Shown: positions 45,356 to 54,784, numbered from the stretch's first letter. The stretch is DNA of 64,000 bases from Sumerlaeia bacterium (GCA_040219255.1 JAVJSW010000011.1:1-64000); one strand, 5' to 3'. Program-made: numbers and translations. The notes: generated from the letters alone by a model not told the origin.

Positions 45356-46177
45356 TCACGCGCGCGCCCGGCGCAACACCGCCATGCCCTTATCCGCCGG
45401 GATGCGATCGATCAGTTCGAGACCGAATTCTCGCTGCCAGCGGGCGACGATCTTGGACTCGTCGCGGCGGTTCACGTCGTCGAGCACCACGAGGGCGCCG
45501 GGCGCCAGGCGGCTGGCGAAAACCGGCAGGGCGGGGTAGCGGGCTTGGCGGCGGAGTTTGCCCGGGGGGCCATCGACCAGCAGGAAATCGATGGGGCCTT
45601 CCACGGCGGCGACCGAGTTGATGGCGTACCAGGGCCAGGGGGATTTATCCGTCAGCGTGATCGGAGCCAGCGGCGCATCCACCACTCGGGCCCATTCGTC
45701 GACCCGATGGCGGCGCAGTAAATCGCGTGTCTGCTCAGCGAAGACCGGGTCGTTTTCCAAGGCTGTGACGCATCCGCCAGCGCCCAGATTTCTAAGCATC
45801 GCGGCGAAAATCACGGTGGAAACGCCGCTGCCGCACTCCACAATGTGGCGCGGTTGGGCGCCCTGGACTAGCGCGGCCAGGTGCAGGGCGCCCTGCGGCG
45901 TCAGACCATAGCCCCTCAGCGAAGGCAAAACGGCGCGAAAACCCCCGGCCAACGCCGACAGGCTCGCCATCGCCTGGGCGTCGCGGTCGGCCATGGCGGG
46001 CGTCAGGAAACGGGGCGGCACCTGGGCCAGGGCGTAATTGACCCAGTTCTGAAATCGCCGCAGCGGACCCTCGGCGGAAAGTCTGCGGCGAGATTTGTCG
46101 CGCAGGGTGGAAACCGGCCGTTCGGCCGCCACGCGGGGGGGTGAGAGAGGGATTGAAGAGGTGGTGAAGTCCGACAT
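45356..46177 (-). CDS. class I SAM-dependent methyltransferase (Methyltransf_24-like)
   Basis: IVECGSGVST, ALEND, LLVDGPP, RYPALP, LDD..R.DE. Confidence 0.85.
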   Translation of the reverse strand: MSDFTTSSIPLSPPRVAAERPVSTLRDKSRRRLSAEGPLRRFQNWVNYALAQVPPRFLTPAMADRDAQAMASLSALAGGFRAVLPSLRGYGLTPQGALHLAALVQGAQPRHIVECGSGVSTVIFAAMLRNLGAGGCVTALENDPVFAEQTRDLLRRHRVDEWARVVDAPLAPITLTDKSPWPWYAINSVAAVEGPIDFLLVDGPPGKLRRQARYPALPVFASRLAPGALVVLDDVNRRDESKIVARWQREFGLELIDRIPADKGMAVLRRARA

Positions 46178-46371
46178 GCAGTCTGCCCAATCGGGGTGAA
46201 ACGGGAGAACTACGCTCCCAGGACGGTTTTATTCACAGCCCCGGCTGCTTGGCGCAAGGAAGCAGTTCGAACCGATTCGGGTTCGCTTCTCCTTGCGCTG
46301 TCATAATCACGCGCTAGCTTCAGGCTCAGTTGCGTGAACCGTCGAATTTTTGTCTGCAAAGGAAAACACTC

Positions 46372-48123
46372 ATGGTGAAAACACGTTCTCAAGGCGCCTT
46401 CCGGCCCGGCCTCCAACTCGCCGCGCTTCTCTTCACGCTGGCCCTGATCGCGGCGGGTTGCGGCGGCGGTTCGGATACCTCCGGCAATAGCCGGTCGAGC
46501 ACCGGCGACTCCGGTTCCGGCACCGCCAAGGTCAAGTCCCTCGACATTCCCTCCGGCCCCGAAGGCGTCATCCGCGTCAACATCGCCACCGAGCCCTTCA
46601 GCATCGACCCCAGCTTGTCCACCGACATCGCCGGGGCCAAGGTCATCCGCCATCTGATGGAGGGCCTCGTCCGCCTCGACGGCGAGGCCACGCCGATGCC
46701 GGCCATGGCCGAATCCTGGGAACCCAACGACGAATACACCGAGTGGACCTTCCACCTGCGCAAGGACGCCAAGTGGAGCAACGGCGACCCCGTCACCGCC
46801 CACGATTTCGATTTCGCCATCCGCCGCATCCTCGACCCGAAAACCGGTTCCCAGTACGCCAGCTACGTCTACAACTTTATTCGCAATGGCAAGGAATACT
46901 ACGACGCCAAGGGCGAGTTGCCGCCGGGCCAGGAGCCGGACGTCGACCTCGGCTTCGAAGTCGTCGACGATCACACCATCGTTTACAAACTCGGTGCACC
47001 GACCTCCTTTTTCCCGTCCACCCTCGGCCACTCCAGCTTCTTTCCGCTCCACGAACCCACCATCCAGGAACACGGCAAGAATTGGATCCGCCAGCCCGCC
47101 ACCTACACCTCCAACGGGCCCTTCATCATGGAAGAGTACCGCCCGGAAGACCGTCTCGTGGCCGTCAAGAACCCCGATTACTGGGACGCGGAAAACATCA
47201 AGCTGGATGAAATCGTCTTCCGTATGATCGAGGAAGAAAGCACCGCCCACGCCGCGTTCCTCTCTGGCGATCTCGACATCACCGACGACGTGCCCCTGCC
47301 CGAGGTCCAGAACCTGCGCGGCACCCCGGAGTTCCAGGCTCTGCCCTACCTCGGCTCCTACTACATCGCCTTCAACGTCACCGAGCCCCCCTTCGACGAC
47401 CTCGCCTTGCGCAAGGCCGTGCAGCTTGGCATCAACCGCGAACTGATCGTGAACCAGATCACCAAGCGCGGCGAAAAGCCCGGCGTCGGCCTCGTGCCCC
47501 ACGGCACCTTTCCCCGCAACGATGGCACCGACTTCCGCGAAATCGCCGGCGACCTCGTTCCCCTCGATTACGCCGCCAACGTCAAGGAAGCGCAGCGCAT
47601 CCTGAAGGAAGCGGGCTACGGCACCAGCAAGCCCATGCCCACCCTCACCTACCTGTACAACACCGCCGACGATCATAAGCTGATCAGCGAAGCGATGCAG
47701 GCCATGTGGAAAGCCATCGGCCTCGACGTGCGCCTGGAAAACGTCGAGTTCGGCGTCAAGCAGGCCCGCGGCCACAACCAGGACTTCGAATTCGTACGCG
47801 CCGGTTGGATCGGCGACTTCACCGACCCGATGACGTTCCTCGAACTCTTCGAAACCGGCGCCGGCAACAACGACCCGGGCTACAGCAGCGAGAAGTACGA
47901 TAACCTCCTCGATCAAATCCGCCAGGAAACCGACCCGGTCAAGCGCACCGAACTGATGGTGGAAGCCGAGAGACTGATCGTGGAGAAAGACGTCATCATG
48001 GCGCCGATCTTCGAATACGCCGAGCCCTTTATGGTGCACCAGGAAATCAAGGGCTGGTGGCGCAACCAACTGGGCGACCTGGATTTGAGCCGCGCCTCGC
48101 GGACGAAAGCGAACGCGAAGTAA
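46372..48123 (+). CDS. oppA: oligopeptide ABC transporter substrate-binding lipoprotein
   Basis: Lipobox IAAGC, EGLV, WTFHLRKDAKWSNGDPVTAHDF, SNGPF, KNPDYW, RAGWIGDFTDP. Confidence 0.92.
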   Translation: MVKTRSQGAFRPGLQLAALLFTLALIAAGCGGGSDTSGNSRSSTGDSGSGTAKVKSLDIPSGPEGVIRVNIATEPFSIDPSLSTDIAGAKVIRHLMEGLVRLDGEATPMPAMAESWEPNDEYTEWTFHLRKDAKWSNGDPVTAHDFDFAIRRILDPKTGSQYASYVYNFIRNGKEYYDAKGELPPGQEPDVDLGFEVVDDHTIVYKLGAPTSFFPSTLGHSSFFPLHEPTIQEHGKNWIRQPATYTSNGPFIMEEYRPEDRLVAVKNPDYWDAENIKLDEIVFRMIEEESTAHAAFLSGDLDITDDVPLPEVQNLRGTPEFQALPYLGSYYIAFNVTEPPFDDLALRKAVQLGINRELIVNQITKRGEKPGVGLVPHGTFPRNDGTDFREIAGDLVPLDYAANVKEAQRILKEAGYGTSKPMPTLTYLYNTADDHKLISEAMQAMWKAIGLDVRLENVEFGVKQARGHNQDFEFVRAGWIGDFTDPMTFLELFETGAGNNDPGYSSEKYDNLLDQIRQETDPVKRTELMVEAERLIVEKDVIMAPIFEYAEPFMVHQEIKGWWRNQLGDLDLSRASRTKANAK

Positions 48124-48128
48124 GGTTG

Positions 48129-48310
48129 TTTTGCCACAGATGACGCTGGTTAACGCAGATGATTTTTAATCAGCCGCGGATGAATGGGATGAAGAGGATG
48201 AGTCGGCAAGAAGAGAACGGTTCTTCCCTCCAGCTCTGGCAGCAAACCCATCCCCTTCTCCTGCGCCAACCACCACATCTGTGTTTATCTGCGTTCATCT
48301 GTGGCTAAAA
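48129..48310. repeat. imperfect inverted-repeat element with ~10-nt periodic (CA)GATG units, copy 1
   Basis: Left arm TTTTGCCACAGATGACGCTGGTTAACGCAGATG; right arm reverse complement TTTTAGCCACAGATGAACGCAGATAAACACAGATG; lies between convergent oppA and moaA. Confidence 0.8.
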
Positions 48311-48332
48311 TAAAAGTCGATCCCGCCACGCC

Positions 48333-49376
48333 TTACCCACCCGTCGCCTGCATCGACCGCCCCAGCGACGCTCCCACCGCCCCTTCAAAATCATAGCGCT
48401 CAGCCCGGGTCAGGAATTGCCACCGCATCGCCTGGCCCACCGACCGCCGGTCGCGCGCTTTGATGGCGGCGTTCAGGTCGATTTCCTCGGGCATCAGCAG
48501 ACACGGCTTCAGGTTCCCGTCGCTCGTCAGGCGCAGCTTGTTACAGCTCAGGCACTTCGTGTTCGACATTTGGCTGATGAAGCCTAGCCGCGCCCGCGTT
48601 CCCGGAATGCGATAGGTCGTGGCGGGGCCATAGCCGGTGCGGTTGCCCGCCGCGGGTCCGTCGCCTTCCGGCTCCAATTCGTAACCCCTCGCGCGGATGG
48701 CCGATTGCAGGTCCTCGATGCTGATGAAGTGGGTGTGGAAGTAGTCTTTCTCGTCGAAAATGGGCATCAGTTCGATGAACCGCACCTCGACTTCTTTTTC
48801 GTCGCTGAAGCGGATGAACCCCTCCATTTCCGGCAGCGTCAGGTTCTTCAGTGCCACCGCGTTCAGCTTCACCGGCCGGAACAGGTCGAGTGCCGTGTCG
48901 ACTCCCGCCAGACAACGCTCCAGCGACCCGCCGCGGGTCACCTCGCGAAAGCGCTCCGGGTCGAAGGTATCCACCGAGACGTTCACCCGGTCCAGCCCCG
49001 CCCGCTTCAGCGCCGGACCCATGCGCGCGAGCATGATGCCGTTCGTCGTCAGCGCCACATTCGTCAGCCCCTCGAAGCGCCGCAGCCCCGCGATCCACTC
49101 CACAATCCCGGGCCGCACCAGCGGCTCGCCGCCCGTGACCCGCACCGCTTCGGCGCCGAGATCGTTCACCGACACATCCACCAGAAAATCCAGATCGTCC
49201 CACGTCAGTTTGTGCGGATGGGTGGCGGCACAGCCCTGGGCCGGGTTGCAGTAGTGACAACTGAGATTGCACAGGTCCGTCACACTGACGCGCACATAGC
49301 GGAACCGCCGGCCATAGCGGTCGATGACAGGGCGGGGTGCGGAGATCGGTTGCGGCAAGCGGGGCAGATGGGTCAT
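48333..49376 (-). CDS. moaA: GTP 3',8-cyclase MoaA
   Basis: DRYGR..YVRVSVTDLCNLSCHYC, TGGEPL, RFIELMP, CLSCNKLRLTSDGNLKPCL, C-terminal GG. Confidence 0.95.
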   Translation of the reverse strand: MTHLPRLPQPISAPRPVIDRYGRRFRYVRVSVTDLCNLSCHYCNPAQGCAATHPHKLTWDDLDFLVDVSVNDLGAEAVRVTGGEPLVRPGIVEWIAGLRRFEGLTNVALTTNGIMLARMGPALKRAGLDRVNVSVDTFDPERFREVTRGGSLERCLAGVDTALDLFRPVKLNAVALKNLTLPEMEGFIRFSDEKEVEVRFIELMPIFDEKDYFHTHFISIEDLQSAIRARGYELEPEGDGPAAGNRTGYGPATTYRIPGTRARLGFISQMSNTKCLSCNKLRLTSDGNLKPCLLMPEEIDLNAAIKARDRRSVGQAMRWQFLTRAERYDFEGAVGASLGRSMQATGG

Positions 49377-49487
49377 AAGGATCCTGAACGCTGAGCCAGT
49401 CGCTGGCTCAACCGGAGGATGTAGCAAAGCGGACTCCAGCGCGCCACGAAAAGTTGCCGCACCTTCTCGGGCAAAGGATCGGTTCCC

Positions 49488-49856
49488 ATGGCCCATTCCC
49501 CAAGAATCCTGCACCTCGCCTGGGGCGTGTTGGACATCGAAGGCCTCGGCAAAGGGCGCGATTTCAAGCTGTGGCCCGGCGGAGGCCGCCCCTGGGACTG
49601 GTCGGAAACCGGCACGCACCACGACCCCGGCATTCAACCAGCCGATGTGGAAGAACTGCTCGAGCACGGCGCCGAAATCGTCATCCTGACCCGCGGCATG
49701 CACCTCGTCCTCAAGACCATGCCGGAGACAGAAGACTACCTGCGCCAGCGCGGCGTCGCCTGCGAAATCCTCGAGACCCGGGAAGCGGGGGACCGCTACA
49801 ACGCCCTCGCCGCCGAGGGGCGGCGCGTCGGTGGATTGTTTCATTCGACGTGCTAA
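49488..49856 (+). CDS. Mth938-like/AAMDC family protein
   Basis: DFKLWPGG..WDW.ETGT.H.PG.QP.DVEELL...RGM...GGLFHSTC. Confidence 0.9.
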   Translation: MAHSPRILHLAWGVLDIEGLGKGRDFKLWPGGGRPWDWSETGTHHDPGIQPADVEELLEHGAEIVILTRGMHLVLKTMPETEDYLRQRGVACEILETREAGDRYNALAAEGRRVGGLFHSTC

Positions 49857-50191
49857 AAAAGTAAACGGTCGTCCCGGCCGTGTCCCGCCAGCCCAAAGCT
49901 CTCTCCCGCAACCGACCTCAAATCAAGGTTCTTGGCCGTAGCAGGGCGCGACAGCGGCTTATCTTTACGCCAGAAACCGCAGCGGGACATTGGCGGGACG
50001 TCCATGCCAGACAGATTTTCCCCCCACTCGGTGAAAAATTCCCCCTCCCTCGTGGTCATTGCCCAACCAGAGTGAAATCCCTCTGGCGCGACCCCGACCC
50101 CATGACCGATACGTTTTCCTTCAGCCTCGCCCCCTGTCCCCCGCCCTTCCGGGGGACGCGCGGGCTGACAGCTGCCGGTCCGGGAGGGGCG

Positions 50192-50827
50192 ATGACAGAC
50201 GCTTTGTTTCACCAAACCGCGCCCCGCGAAGACGATGCCTCCGCCGGGGAATCCGCCGCACCGGTCGACGATGCCACCTTCGCCCGCTTTCAGGCCGGCG
50301 ACCAGGCCGCCATGACCGAGGTGGTCCGAGTCCTGAACGGCCGCGTCGTGGCCTTCGCTCGCCTCTACACTCACAGCCAGGAACTGGCGGAAGAAGTCGC
50401 CCAGGACGCTTTCCTCGAAACCTGGCGCAAACGCAAGAAAGTCCACAGCGCCTCCAAGCTCCGCCCCTTCCTCTTCACCCTGGCCAAGCGGATGGCGATG
50501 CGGGAAATGCGCCGCAAGGTGCACCGCGTCGAGTTCGCCATCGAGGACGACGCTCTGCTGGCCATTGCGCCAGCGCTCGACGCCGCCCAGGGCGACGGCC
50601 TGCGCCAGCGCGACATGATGCGGGCGCTGCGCCAGGCCCTCGCCCGCCTCAGCGAAAAGGAACGCGACATGGTGCTGCTGCGCTACTTCGCCGGCCTGCG
50701 CATTCGCGAAGTCGCCGACGCCCTCGGCATGCCCATGGGCAGCGTCGGCGTCACCCTCCAACGCACCCTCGACAAAGTGCGCCGGGACCTGGAACACCAG
50801 GGCTTCGCGCTCGACGATTTCGTCTGA
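50192..50827 (+). CDS. ECF RNA polymerase sigma factor
   Basis: AEEVAQDAFLETW region 2; LSEKER..L.LRYFAGL..EVA..LGMPMGSV region 4. Confidence 0.9.
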   Translation: MTDALFHQTAPREDDASAGESAAPVDDATFARFQAGDQAAMTEVVRVLNGRVVAFARLYTHSQELAEEVAQDAFLETWRKRKKVHSASKLRPFLFTLAKRMAMREMRRKVHRVEFAIEDDALLAIAPALDAAQGDGLRQRDMMRALRQALARLSEKERDMVLLRYFAGLRIREVADALGMPMGSVGVTLQRTLDKVRRDLEHQGFALDDFV

Positions 50828-51582
50828 TGGACTCCGCTTCGATGACCGATTTGAACCTGACCGAAAAGCAACGCGAAACGGAGCGCCTCCTGGAAAAGGC
50901 CGGCTCCGAATGGGCCGCCGAGTCGGCGCCCGATTCCGGCGAGTTTCTCGCCAGCTTCGAAGCCCGCCTCGCCGAGGAAGAGCAGGGCGGCTTTCTGGCC
51001 ACCGTGGTGTCACTGCGACCGGCGCTGGCGGGTCTGGCCGCGGCGGCCATCATACTCGCCGTTTTCGGCGGCCTTCTCGCCCCACGCAAAGAAACCGTCG
51101 CCTCCTTCGCCTTCGCCACTGGCTCCCCCCAATTCGACCTTGGCGGCGCCGTCGCCTCGGGCACCACCGTCGAAACCTCCGCCGACTCGCGCGTCATTCT
51201 CGCATTGGCACAAAATGCCACCATCAGCCTCGACACCGGCACGCGCCTGCGGTTCGACGGCCCCGACACCGTCTACCTCGCGGACGGCGAGATCTGGGTC
51301 AGCATCGCCCGCCCCGGCCAGCGCCCCCTGCGCATCGTCACCCCTCATGGCAAAGTCTACTCGAATCAGGAATCGGGCTTCTGCGTCGTGGTCGCAGCGG
51401 ACGACGCCAACGTCTTCATCTCGCGCGGCGAAGTTCACCTCGCCGACGCCTCCCTCAAGCCTGGCCTCCACGCCTCTCTGACCAAGCGCGAGGGCCTTGA
51501 GGTGGCCCAACTCTTCGACGCCCCCATGGACCCCCAACCCGAATGGAGCCGGGACCTTCTGCGCCAGGCCAGCCTGCGCTGA
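50827..51582 (+). CDS. FecR-domain anti-sigma factor
   Basis: Single TM followed by LDTGTRL..LADGEIW..I.TPHG..F.V...GEV; coupled to the sigma gene. Confidence 0.75.
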   Translation: MDSASMTDLNLTEKQRETERLLEKAGSEWAAESAPDSGEFLASFEARLAEEEQGGFLATVVSLRPALAGLAAAAIILAVFGGLLAPRKETVASFAFATGSPQFDLGGAVASGTTVETSADSRVILALAQNATISLDTGTRLRFDGPDTVYLADGEIWVSIARPGQRPLRIVTPHGKVYSNQESGFCVVVAADDANVFISRGEVHLADASLKPGLHASLTKREGLEVAQLFDAPMDPQPEWSRDLLRQASLR

Positions 51583-51667
51583 GGAGAGCGGCGCAGCGCC
51601 CAAGTGAGAGAACCCCAGTCTCATTTTGGGCTCCCGCAAACAAAGGCTTGCCAACGGTCCATGCCGC

Positions 51668-51682
51668 TGATAATCATTTTCA
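51668..51682. promoter_or_regulatory. Fur box (7-1-7)
   Basis: TGATAAT-C-ATTTTCA, one mismatch to TGATAATnATTATCA, 25 nt upstream of the Fur-family gene. Confidence 0.75.
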
Positions 51683-51707
51683 ATCCTCCTTCGGGACCGG
51701 AAACCCG

Positions 51708-52100
51708 ATGTCCAAAGAAGCCGCCAAACTCACCTCGAAACAACAAGCCATTCTCCGCGTCTTTGAAGACGCCGAACAGCCCATCACCACGCAGGACGCA
51801 TGGGATGTGGCCCGGGGCGAAGTACCCGGACTCGGGATCGCCACCGTCTATCGCGCGGTCAAATCGCTGGTGGACGACGGCTTGCTGCGCACCGTCGAAC
51901 TGGTGGGCCAGGTCCCGCGCTACGAAAGCGCCCGCAAGGGCCACCTGCACCACTTCTTCTGCCGCGAATGCTCCAGCGTCTTCGACATCGGCGATTGCCC
52001 CAGCGGCCTCAAGTCCCTCGTGCCCGACGGCTTCCAGATGGAAGACCACAGCATCGTTCTCTACGGCCTTTGCAAGGACTGCCGCGCGGCCAAAGCCTGA
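51708..52100 (+). CDS. fur: Fur family transcriptional regulator
   Basis: GIATVYR, HLHHFFCREC, LYGLCKDC. Confidence 0.88.
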   Translation: MSKEAAKLTSKQQAILRVFEDAEQPITTQDAWDVARGEVPGLGIATVYRAVKSLVDDGLLRTVELVGQVPRYESARKGHLHHFFCRECSSVFDIGDCPSGLKSLVPDGFQMEDHSIVLYGLCKDCRAAKA

Positions 52101-52207
52101 CGCCCGCGACAGACGGCGGTAGGCCTTGCACCTCGCTGCGGAACCGAAGCAGCCTTTTCCTCTCCGATCCACCAAACCCGGAGGCCGCTCCGCCGAGTCT
52201 TTCTGGC

Positions 52208-53113
52208 ATGATGACGACTACGCTCTCCCGCTTTCTCCTTTCCATTCTCTGCCTCCTCGCCGTCGCGTCCGCTGTGCCCGCCTTCGCGCGCGATCCCGGG
52301 TCAAAGTCCGTCCCCCTGGCCACCGCCAACGACGCCGCTTCGACCCAGTCGCTCCGCGCCTTTCTGGGTATTCCGCCTAACCGACCCCTCCTGACCGATC
52401 GCGACAAGCCCGACGCCCCCGCCCCCATCAACCGCGTCACTTTCCAGTCCCTCGACAATCTCGTCGTGCTCGCCGGCAAAGTCATCCTCGCCCCCGATCC
52501 CAAGGCCGACGCGGTCATCGTGCTCACCGGCTTTCCCGCCACCTATGGCGATTACAGCGACATCGGCCGCGAACTCCTCGGTGCCGGATATTCCGTCATG
52601 ATCCTGGACATGCGCGGCATCGGCGACAGCAAACGCCGCGTCAACGGCCAGCCCTTCGATCTCGCCAGCATGAGCCCCCGCGACTCGAAAGGCTTCGCCC
52701 GTACGCCCGACGATGTGGCCGCCGCGGCCCAATGGCTCCGCGAGCAGAACTTCGTCCACCGCCAATCCAAAATTTTCGTCCTCAGCATGATGGGCGCCGT
52801 GAATCCCGCCGGCATCGCGCTCGGCGAGCATGCCCGTGACCTCGCCGGAGCCATCATGATCTCGCCCCTCCCCGCCGGCGGCGGCATCGACGCTCGCAAC
52901 GGCCTCAAGGTCATTCAGGGCCGGCCGATCCTGGTCCTGAGCGGCGAAGAGGACCGGCACGCCCGCGATGTGACTGATCGCCTTCAGGAAGTGAACCCAG
53001 ACGTCAAGGAAGAGTGGTTGCCGGGCAGCGCCTCTGGATTCCCGATCCTCAATCATCCCGAGGGACGAAAAAAAATTCTCGCCTTCCTCGCCGAGCATGA
53101 CAGCCAACCCTAA
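52208..53113 (+). CDS. secreted alpha/beta-hydrolase-fold protein (degenerate active site)
   Basis: Signal peptide; GYSVMILDMRGIGDS, DDVAAA..WL, P.LVLSGEED; no GxSxG and no His at the expected position. Confidence 0.75.
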   Translation: MMTTTLSRFLLSILCLLAVASAVPAFARDPGSKSVPLATANDAASTQSLRAFLGIPPNRPLLTDRDKPDAPAPINRVTFQSLDNLVVLAGKVILAPDPKADAVIVLTGFPATYGDYSDIGRELLGAGYSVMILDMRGIGDSKRRVNGQPFDLASMSPRDSKGFARTPDDVAAAAQWLREQNFVHRQSKIFVLSMMGAVNPAGIALGEHARDLAGAIMISPLPAGGGIDARNGLKVIQGRPILVLSGEEDRHARDVTDRLQEVNPDVKEEWLPGSASGFPILNHPEGRKKILAFLAEHDSQP

Positions 53114-53132
53114 GGTTTCTCAACGGTTCGAC

Positions 53133-53160
53133 AAAAATCCTGGACGTTTCCAGGATTTTT
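53133..53160. terminator. perfect 12-bp inverted repeat (bidirectional terminator or operator)
   Basis: AAAAATCCTGGA-CGTT-TCCAGGATTTTT, 20 nt after the hydrolase stop. Confidence 0.7.
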
Positions 53161-53242
53161 CCGAAGGTTGACAACGCGGATAGGATTAGGGTCTTTTTCT
53201 GCGCGGACACCAACCGTTCTCTCACAAAGGAAGCCCGCCCCC

Positions 53243-54220
53243 ATGGTCCGCAAACCCCTCGACTATAAAGCCACCATTTTGGAGCGCGAAGACATCGCCA
53301 AGGACTTGGCCATCTTTCGCATCCGACCCGAATTCGAGGGCTTTCCCGAGACCTTCGTCCCCGGCCAGTACACTCTCCTGGGCCTCAACCACCCGGAAAA
53401 AGGATCGGTCCAAAGGGCCTATTCCATCGCTTCGCCGCCCGACGATCTGCCGGACTTCATGGATTTCTACGTCCGCCGCGTCGCCAAGCCTGCTTCGGAC
53501 AATCCGCTGACCCATCTGCTCTTTGAACTCGGCGCGGGCGATCGGATTTATCTCGGGTCGAAGATTCGCGGCAACTTCACCCTCGAACACGAACTCGGCC
53601 GGCCCGACGACCCCCGCCTCAAGATCTGCGTCGCCGCAGGAACCGGCCTCGCACCCTTTACCTCGATGGTTTTTCACGAGCACCGCAACGGCCGCGACGT
53701 CAGCGAATTCCTCGTCCTCCACGGCGCCAGCTATCCGAACCAACTCGGCTACATGCGCGAGATGGAGTCGATCATGAACGGCGATCCGGATCGGCTGCGC
53801 TACTTCCCCACGATCTCGCGGGAACCCGATGCGCCCTGGGCCTTCGATCGCGGCCGCGTCGAGACGTTTTTTGAGGAAGACAAGCTCGAAGATCTCGAAC
53901 GCCGCGCAGGCCTCGAACCTGGCTTCCTTACCCCGGACAACGCCGTCGTCTTCATTTGCGGGCTTCAGGGCACCATCGCCAGCACGCTCACCCGCCTACT
54001 TCACCGCGGCTTCGTCCCCGCCGAGCGCAAACTCCGCCGCGCCCTCTGGATTCCGGAAGACGTTTCCGGCAGTCTGTTCTTCGAGCAATACGACGCCGAG
54101 CCGATTCTCGACCTGAAGGACGAGGAACTGATGGTCGATTGCCGCGACCGCCTCGAACGCGCCGGGGTGAAACTCGCCCCGCCGGAGGATGAGCCGGTGC
54201 GGGTGATCAGCGGAAACTGA
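53243..54220 (+). CDS. ferredoxin/flavodoxin-NADP(+) reductase
   Basis: FVPGQY, RAYSIAS, AGTGLAPF, HGAS, ISRE, FICG. Confidence 0.88.
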   Translation: MVRKPLDYKATILEREDIAKDLAIFRIRPEFEGFPETFVPGQYTLLGLNHPEKGSVQRAYSIASPPDDLPDFMDFYVRRVAKPASDNPLTHLLFELGAGDRIYLGSKIRGNFTLEHELGRPDDPRLKICVAAGTGLAPFTSMVFHEHRNGRDVSEFLVLHGASYPNQLGYMREMESIMNGDPDRLRYFPTISREPDAPWAFDRGRVETFFEEDKLEDLERRAGLEPGFLTPDNAVVFICGLQGTIASTLTRLLHRGFVPAERKLRRALWIPEDVSGSLFFEQYDAEPILDLKDEELMVDCRDRLERAGVKLAPPEDEPVRVISGN

Positions 54221-54226
54221 GGCGCC

Positions 54227-54784
54227 TCACGGCCCCCAGCGCAGCACGTTTCCCGTGCTGATCGTGCCGTTTGTCGGGTCGTAGGTGTGCTGGATGTTCT
54301 GCCAGCCCTCGTTCGTCGAGTCCGGGCCGTAACTCAAGTTGTTCCAGAAGTAGCCGGGCCGGCTGGTCCAGAACGGACTGTCGGCCGGAGCCGAGAACGG
54401 GCGTGGGTCGTTGCGCGCCGTATAGTGATAGGTCGAGCCCTCCTGGCTCCACTGGTCGTCACCGTTGTTGAATGGATCGCGCGGCACCGAGGTCATGTAG
54501 GAAATCGGCGTCGTCAACGGCACAAGCCGCAGCATGTTCGGCAGATCGTCGTTCTTGATGCCGAACCCGTTGGGAACGTACTCTGGCGGATAGCGATTCC
54601 AATCGACGCGGAAGGTTTCCAGAGCGGTGCCGATGGAGCGCATGTCGGCCTGGGCTCGGCTGACCTTGGCCCGGGTCTGCGCCTCGAGGAAGTTGGGGAC
54701 CGCGATGGCCGCCAGGATAGCGATAATGGCCACGGTGATGAGGAGTTCGATGAGCGTAAAGGCCCGCGATGTCTGTGTTTTCAT
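54227..54784 (-). CDS. stand-alone prepilin-type (GspG-like) protein
   Basis: RA|FTLIELLITVAIIAILAAIAVPNFLEAQTRAKVSR, LTTPISY..DPF, SYGPD, YDPTNGT.S.G. Confidence 0.92.
   Translation of the reverse strand: MKTQTSRAFTLIELLITVAIIAILAAIAVPNFLEAQTRAKVSRAQADMRSIGTALETFRVDWNRYPPEYVPNGFGIKNDDLPNMLRLVPLTTPISYMTSVPRDPFNNGDDQWSQEGSTYHYTARNDPRPFSAPADSPFWTSRPGYFWNNLSYGPDSTNEGWQNIQHTYDPTNGTISTGNVLRWGP

Noticed and set aside
46210-48069. 619-aa minus-strand ORF (and similar ORFs opposite gspD, gspE, moaA and the ligase)
   Set aside because: Antisense to clear genes; a result of strong GC3 bias
48129-48310. Possible CRISPR array
   Set aside because: Repeats are ~10-nt degenerate units in inverted arms with no unique 30-40 nt spacers; no cas genes in the window
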